64,000 nt of DNA from Thermodesulfobacteriota bacterium. Its GTDB lineage: Bacteria; Desulfobacterota_D; UBA1144; Nemesobacterales; CSP1-2. Every line of letters starts with the position of its first letter. Position 1 is the first letter of the stretch. The position numbers and the translations under genes are program-made. Where the stretch lies: positions 12,219 through 76,218 of the forward strand of contig DATMAT010000052.1 of the NCBI GenBank assembly GCA_035559815.1. The letters run 5' to 3'. Below the pieces are notes generated by a model that had not been told where the DNA came from, ran no database searches, and saw nothing but the letters and a program-made list of their open reading frames with translations. Shown piece by piece: positions 58,513 through 64,000 of this stretch.

Positions 58513-59474
58513 AAGATAAACCGCTTGTGTCTGTTATTATGATTTTTTTAAACGCCGAGAAGTTTATGGAGGAGGCTATAAAAAGCGTATTCGCTCAGAC
58601 CTATGACAACTGGGAGCTGCTGCTAGTAGACGACGGGTCAACCGACGGCAGCTCTGCCATTGCTCAGCGGTATTCAGAAAAATATCCGAAAAAGGTGCGC
58701 TATCTGGAACATGACGGGCATCAAAACAGGGGCAAGAGCATATCTCGCAACCTAGGCATTAGCAATTCCAGGGGTGATTATATCGCTCTCCTGGACGCTG
58801 ACGATGTATTCTTACCACAAAAACTGGAGCAACAGGTCGAAATATTGGAATCCATGCCCGAAGCGGCTATGCTATATGGGCGTACCCATCATTGGTATAG
58901 CTGGACAGACAACCCGGGAGATGCAAGGCTTGATTACCTCCAGAAACTCGCTGTTCCTCCCGACACATTAGCTATGCCGCCGACTCTTCTCATTCGTTAT
59001 TTGGAAGACCCTCATAAGTATCCATGCACCTGTAGCGTTTTGATAAGAAAAGATGTGTTCAAAGATGTGGGAGGATTTGAAGAAACCTTCCGAGATTTAT
59101 ATGATGACGTAGTTTTTTTCGTCAAGGTTTTCCTGAAAGCACCAGTGTTTGTTGCAGACGCATGCTGGAGTAGGTATCGATTGCACTCATCCGAGCGCTT
59201 TTCTTCCAGCTACTACCGGGCAATAAAGGCTGGACAATGGCACCCTTTTCTGCCAAATCCGTCAAGATTGACTCTATTGAATTGGTTAGAAGGGTATTTA
59301 TTAGAACAAGAAATAAAAGACATCAGAGTCTGGAATGCTCTTCGGAGAGTTCAAAGGCCTTATCGCTATCCCCATTTCTATCGAATGCTGGGCCTCCTCA
59401 GGAACCTGATAAGACAGATGAAAGTCCGTTACTTGAAACTAAGAGGGCAAGACATCTTACCCATAAAATTATAG
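58509..59474 (+). CDS. GT2 family glycosyltransferase (paralog)
   Basis: [44 protein letters not shown]. Confidence 0.85.
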   Translation: [321 protein letters not shown]

Positions 59475-59704
59475 TTTTCTATTTTGGAAGTTTTTGCCAC
59501 TTAAAAAAATAGTAAATTAATATGTCCAGATTGTGTATTGCACACAAGAGTCCAGTTAATAAGTAGTAAGTTTTTTCTTTTCCGCCCGTATTATTGTAAG
59601 ATCGAGTTAAGGCACTAAAACCCGCAATTGCACACCACTTAATCGAAAATATTTGCATCAGGTGATAAAAATTATCATGCTGGCCACAAATCAGAGGAGA
59701 TAGG

Positions 59705-60739
59705 ATGAAAAAGACTGAAACCAGACGGGTGCAGCGAGCTATCGAGTGGTTCAGTGATAGGTTTACGGTAAAAGGGCTTATTTTGATGTACCACAGTATA
59801 AACGAGTGGGGCTCAGACCCATGGTCGCTATCCGTGACCCCTGATCACTTTGCCGAACATCTTGAAGTTTTACAAAAGTACGGCCGCCCGATGCAACTTA
59901 GGCAATTTATACGAAAGTATAGATTTGGAATTGCTCCTCGAAACGTTATCGTTATAACCTTTGACGACGGTTATGCCGATAACCTAATCAATGCCAAACC
60001 GTTGCTGGAGCTCTATAATATCCCCGCAACGGTCTTTCTCACTACCGGCTATATTGGAAGCGAATACGAATTCTGGTGGGACGAACTAGATGGGTTATTT
60101 TTGCAACCCGGCAAATTGCCAGAGGTACTTTGTTTAAATATTGATGGAAAAAGCTATGAGTGGAAATTAAACAACGGAGGCTACTACAGTGAGGAAGAGT
60201 ATCATAACAGCCGAAACCTAAAACCCTGGGATGGAAACCCTGGCTCCCGACACCATCTCTATTACTCAATTTGGCAACTATTAAGGTCTTTACCACATGA
60301 CGAGCAAAGAAGGACAATGGATGAAATACTGAATTGGGCTTCTATCGAACCAACAGTTCGCCCAACCCATCGTCCTCTCAATCTAGAGGAAGTTTTTGAT
60401 TTATCGCAGGGAGAGCTTATCGAAATCGGCTCACATACCGTAACCCACCCGTTTCTGTCCTTGCACACTTTAGCTTCTCAGCAAAATGAAATAAAGAAGG
60501 GCAAGGATAAACTGGAACACATATTGGGCCGCCCGGTAACCAGTTTTGCATATCCACACGGAGATTACACGGAAGAGGCAATCGCTCTTGTTCGTCAGGC
60601 CGGGTTTGCCTGTGCCTGTTCCACAATCGCCGATGTGGTATGGTGGCATACAGACCGTTTTCAATTGCCTCGTGTTCAAGTAGAGGACTGCGACGGCGAA
60701 GAATTTGAAAATAAGCTCTATGAATGGTTCAACGGCTGA
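59705..60739 (+). CDS. Polysaccharide deacetylase (CE4/NodB homology domain)
   Basis: VIVITFDDGYADN, IGSHTVTHP, FAYPHGDY CE4 motifs. Confidence 0.85.
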   Translation: MKKTETRRVQRAIEWFSDRFTVKGLILMYHSINEWGSDPWSLSVTPDHFAEHLEVLQKYGRPMQLRQFIRKYRFGIAPRNVIVITFDDGYADNLINAKPLLELYNIPATVFLTTGYIGSEYEFWWDELDGLFLQPGKLPEVLCLNIDGKSYEWKLNNGGYYSEEEYHNSRNLKPWDGNPGSRHHLYYSIWQLLRSLPHDEQRRTMDEILNWASIEPTVRPTHRPLNLEEVFDLSQGELIEIGSHTVTHPFLSLHTLASQQNEIKKGKDKLEHILGRPVTSFAYPHGDYTEEAIALVRQAGFACACSTIADVVWWHTDRFQLPRVQVEDCDGEEFENKLYEWFNG

Positions 60740-60740
60740 A

Positions 60741-61658
60741 ATGATGAATACCAAGCCATTAGTTTCTGTCATCACCATATTTTACAACGCAGAAAAATTC
60801 ATCGATCAGGCAATTAAAAGCGTTTTTTTCCAGACCTATGATAACTGGGAGCTCTTGCTGGTAGACGACGGCTCGTCCGACAGCAGCAGTGAAATTGCCA
60901 AGAGCTATGCAGAGAGCTACCCAGAAAAGGTACATTGCTTGGAGCATCAAGACCGTCAGAACAAGGGCATGAGCACTTCCCGCAATCTCGGCGTCAGCAA
61001 GTCTCATGGTGATTATATTGCTTTCCTTGACGCCGACGACATATTCCTGCCACAGAAACTGGAGCGACAGTTAGAGATCCTCATCTCACATCCCGAAGCC
61101 GAGATGGTCTGCGGGCCTACGGAATGGTGGTACAGCTGGACCGGAGACCCCCAGGATGCCAAGCTTGATTATAAAAGGGGAATTAGCCCCCAGTATAACG
61201 TATTATTCAAACCACCGGCATTTCTTAAGCTCCTACTCAGGACTAAAGCTAGAACACCAGCCACCTGCGCCATCCTGGCACGTCGCCGTCTCTTCGATAT
61301 TACCGGAGGCTTCGAGGATAGCTTCCATAGCATGTACGAAGACCAGGCCTTTTTTTTCAAGGTTTTTCTTAAGACCCCTGTGTTCGTGGCCAGTGAATGT
61401 TGGGACAGGTATCGCCAGCATTCTGATTCCTCTTGTTCCGTGGCATTGAATTCGGGACTATATCACCCGGATATGCCCAATGTCGCTCATTTAAATTTCC
61501 TGAACTGGTTTAAAGAATATCTATCGGAGCAAGGAATAGATGACCGAGAAATCGCGATTCTGCTGAGAAAAAAATTTCTGAGATATCGTTATCCAAATCT
61601 ATTCAGATTGCTGAACTACTCGTTAAGATTATTGCCCAAGAATTGGTTTAGTTTGTGA
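60741..61658 (+). CDS. GT2 family glycosyltransferase (paralog; ATG 60741 directly after upstream stop, track ORF from 60705)
   Basis: [44 protein letters not shown]. Confidence 0.85.
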   Translation: [305 protein letters not shown]

Positions 61659-61755
61659 ATCCGGGTAGAGCATCGGTCTGAACTGAGGTAATTTTAATGA
61701 TAACTCTATCCATTTTCTAATACCAAACATAATACTTCCGCAAAAGGGTATTGAC

Positions 61756-62781
61756 TTGGCCACTCAACCTCTTATATCTGTCATCATCTTGACATCTAGA
61801 TGGGAAGAAAAAGAAAATGTGTTAGACCGATGTCTTGAAGGGCTATATGGCCAGACCTTCAGAGAATTCGAAATTATTTTGGTATGCAACGGTCTAAAAA
61901 AGAGCCAGACAAGTGAAATTAGGAACAAACACCCGAAGGTGAAGATAATAGAAAATGAAAAAAACAACGGTTGTGCCGGTGGGAGAAACCAAGGAATCAA
62001 GGAATCTATGGGTGATTACATAGTTACGCTCGACGATGACATGGTTCCGGATAGGCATTGGCTAGAAGAACTCATGAGATGTGTATTGGTAGACGGAAAA
62101 ATAGGGATGCTGGCTTCCAAAGTATTATTCAGCTCTGACCCAGACATCATAGATTGCGCGGGGGTAGAAATTAGCAAGGATGGTAACGTGTACGGCAGAA
62201 AGGGCATGACCAGAGATGCTGGGGATTCTGAGCAATTTGAAGAGGTCTTCTGTCCTTCTGGCGGTGCCGCCTTTTATAAAAGGGAGATCTTCGAAGAAGT
62301 AGGGTTATTCGATGAGGATTTCTTTATCTATTACGAGGAAGTCGACTTGGCATTTCGGGCGCGACTGGCCGGCTGGAGATGTTTATACGTTCCAAAAGCA
62401 ATTCTATTTCACCAACATGGCTGGTCGTTAGGCCATGAATCGAGCGGCAAGATCTTTCTTCTTGAAAGGAACAAAATTCTAACCATATTAAAGAATTGGC
62501 CCCTAAAGCAGATGATTTATTATGCTCCTCTAATCGTTACTTATGACTTACTGGCAGATGGCTACTATATATTAAAAAAGAACGACCTATCCAGGCTAAA
62601 AGCCAAGGTCAGCGCATTAAAACAACTGCCGCGGGTCTTAAAGGAGCGGGACAAAATCCAGAGTAGCAGGAAGATTTCTTCCGTGGAGATGGATAAACTC
62701 TGGGGGCCTTACTATTCCCCTTGGTTTATATATCAGCGCCGCCGCCGATTGAACCGCATTTTGCAGGGGAAAAATAGCTGA
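61756..62781 (+). CDS. GT2 family glycosyltransferase (rhamnosyltransferase-like); TTG start
   Basis: PLISVIILTSRWEEKE...YGQTFREFEIILVCNG ... DDDM motif. Confidence 0.8.
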   Translation: MATQPLISVIILTSRWEEKENVLDRCLEGLYGQTFREFEIILVCNGLKKSQTSEIRNKHPKVKIIENEKNNGCAGGRNQGIKESMGDYIVTLDDDMVPDRHWLEELMRCVLVDGKIGMLASKVLFSSDPDIIDCAGVEISKDGNVYGRKGMTRDAGDSEQFEEVFCPSGGAAFYKREIFEEVGLFDEDFFIYYEEVDLAFRARLAGWRCLYVPKAILFHQHGWSLGHESSGKIFLLERNKILTILKNWPLKQMIYYAPLIVTYDLLADGYYILKKNDLSRLKAKVSALKQLPRVLKERDKIQSSRKISSVEMDKLWGPYYSPWFIYQRRRRLNRILQGKNS

Positions 62782-62806
62782 TTGCTCATATCATTCACCA
62801 AAAAGC

Positions 62807-63808
62807 ATGAAAATTCTCTATTTTACCCATAGAGGCCAGTTGCTGACGGGCTCTGGAACATACCGTGACATCCTGCTGCATGAGATGGGTAAGAGACATG
62901 ACATTGGGATTTATTCAACACCTGAGGATTTAAAGGAGGAATGGGACATTGGCCACGTATTGGACCTGAAGCACGCAAACCCGAAATGCTGGCAAGATGT
63001 AAGCTTTCCGGTTCTTGTGGATATACATGATTACTATTGGACTAAGTTTCATTACTTTCCCTGCCCCGATCTTCCGCTCAGATTTGTGCTTCAAAAAATA
63101 AGAAAGTGGCGCTATACCAAAATTCTAAGCAGGGCTCAGGCAATCATTGTTCATTCCGAATACGTGAAGAACACAATTTGCCATCCAAACATATTCGTGG
63201 TCAGACTAGCCATTGACCCGAACAACTATACCAGACCTTCTAATCAGCAGGATAAGAACTTAATTTTATTCGTCGGACGGGACTATTTTAGAAAAGGCCT
63301 ACCCACCTTAATAAAGGCTTTGCCCTTGGTGCTAAAAGAGATTCCGGACGTCAGAGTGGTAGTAATCGGCCCGGAATATCTTCATTCGAGATTAGCGGCT
63401 AAATTCATCACCGGAAATCTACCCGTAAAGTTTATCAACGGTCTTCCTCCGGAGGAGATTAAAAAATATTTTTATCAAGCCAACTTACTTGTCCTCCCTT
63501 CCGAGATCGAAGCCTCCGGTATAGTGCTGCTTGAGGCTATGGCCGCAGGACTACCCATCGTCGCCACCAGAGTCGGGGGTATTCCGGAGATTATCCAGGA
63601 CGGTATAAATGGCATACTGGTGGAGAGAGGAGATAATCGACAACTTGCCAGGAGTATAATCGAAGTCCTCCGAAATAAGATAATCCGGGACCAGAGAAAC
63701 CACCCAAACTGGGAAGACATGTTTAATCCTGCCAAGATGGTGGAATCTATAGAATCGGTTTATCAACAAATCAGGGAGAGTCTAAACGCTGTAAAAAATA
63801 AGCACTAA
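62807..63808 (+). CDS. GT4 family glycosyltransferase
   Basis: C-terminal LVLPSEIEASGIVLLEAMAAGLPIVATRVGGIPEII GT4 motif. Confidence 0.85.
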   Translation: MKILYFTHRGQLLTGSGTYRDILLHEMGKRHDIGIYSTPEDLKEEWDIGHVLDLKHANPKCWQDVSFPVLVDIHDYYWTKFHYFPCPDLPLRFVLQKIRKWRYTKILSRAQAIIVHSEYVKNTICHPNIFVVRLAIDPNNYTRPSNQQDKNLILFVGRDYFRKGLPTLIKALPLVLKEIPDVRVVVIGPEYLHSRLAAKFITGNLPVKFINGLPPEEIKKYFYQANLLVLPSEIEASGIVLLEAMAAGLPIVATRVGGIPEIIQDGINGILVERGDNRQLARSIIEVLRNKIIRDQRNHPNWEDMFNPAKMVESIESVYQQIRESLNAVKNKH

Positions 63809-64000
63809 CTCACCCGGTAACAGAATACGATCCGTTCTGGTAGTCCTTTGAGTCTAAAGCCGGTTTGAATATCCGATTTATGATAGTATATATAGGTCAA
63901 AAGGCTTATCTTGTCGTTAACATAAACCCATTTCTCCTTAAAAAACTGACAAAAGTCCAATATTCTCTCTTCAGTTTTATCCAGATAATTTTCACAGATG

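Overview
This 64-kb window looks like part of an uncultivated bacterial chromosome. GC content is moderate; the reading is done by eye and with the supplied ORF track only. It is gene-dense on both strands and contains three kinds of interspersed intergenic repeats.

From start to end the window holds:
- a minus-strand block with a TIGR04255-like protein, an ArsD-like protein and CstA
- a tripartite RND efflux operon (TolC-like OMP, MFP, RND permease)
- housekeeping genes: archaeal-type iPGM, MazG, a YdjM-like hydrolase and an M24 peptidase
- an accessory island at 15.5-27 kb (described below)
- a secreted beta-carbonic anhydrase
- an OMP gene followed by a 1341-aa CHASE4-PAS-GAF-GGDEF sensor diguanylate cyclase
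- a sigma-54 regulatory region: one truncated and one intact GAF-PAS sigma-54 activator, three -24/-12 promoters (two preceded by a TTGCGAGATCTCGCAA palindrome), two paralogous methyltransferases, a SemiSWEET-like gene, and an OsmC / ArsM-like pair
- a DUF2182/DUF1326 pair, DUF4149, IscA/ErpA, an LLM oxidoreductase, an aldo-keto reductase, and a fused AccA-AccD carboxyltransferase
- from 49.7 kb to the end, an ABC-transporter-dependent glycan biosynthesis cluster: Wzm/Wzt, several GT2 and GT4 transferases, CE4 deacetylases and a trifunctional GT2-methyltransferase-CE4 protein.

The accessory island at 15.5-27 kb encodes three giant secreted proteins. One carries Cys-rich repeats plus an HExxH protease domain. 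One ends in two CxxCH heme motifs. One is a Pmp-like beta-helix protein. Two of them share a conserved ~120-aa C-terminal module. The island ends with a compact RiPP-like cassette: a 67-aa Cys-free precursor-like peptide, an HPr-kinase-like P-loop protein and a leaderless radical-SAM/SPASM enzyme, bracketed by degenerate heptanucleotide repeat arrays.

No rRNA, tRNA or CRISPR arrays were found. The most novel candidates are the peptide/HprK-like/rSAM cassette and the shared C-terminal module of the giant secreted proteins.
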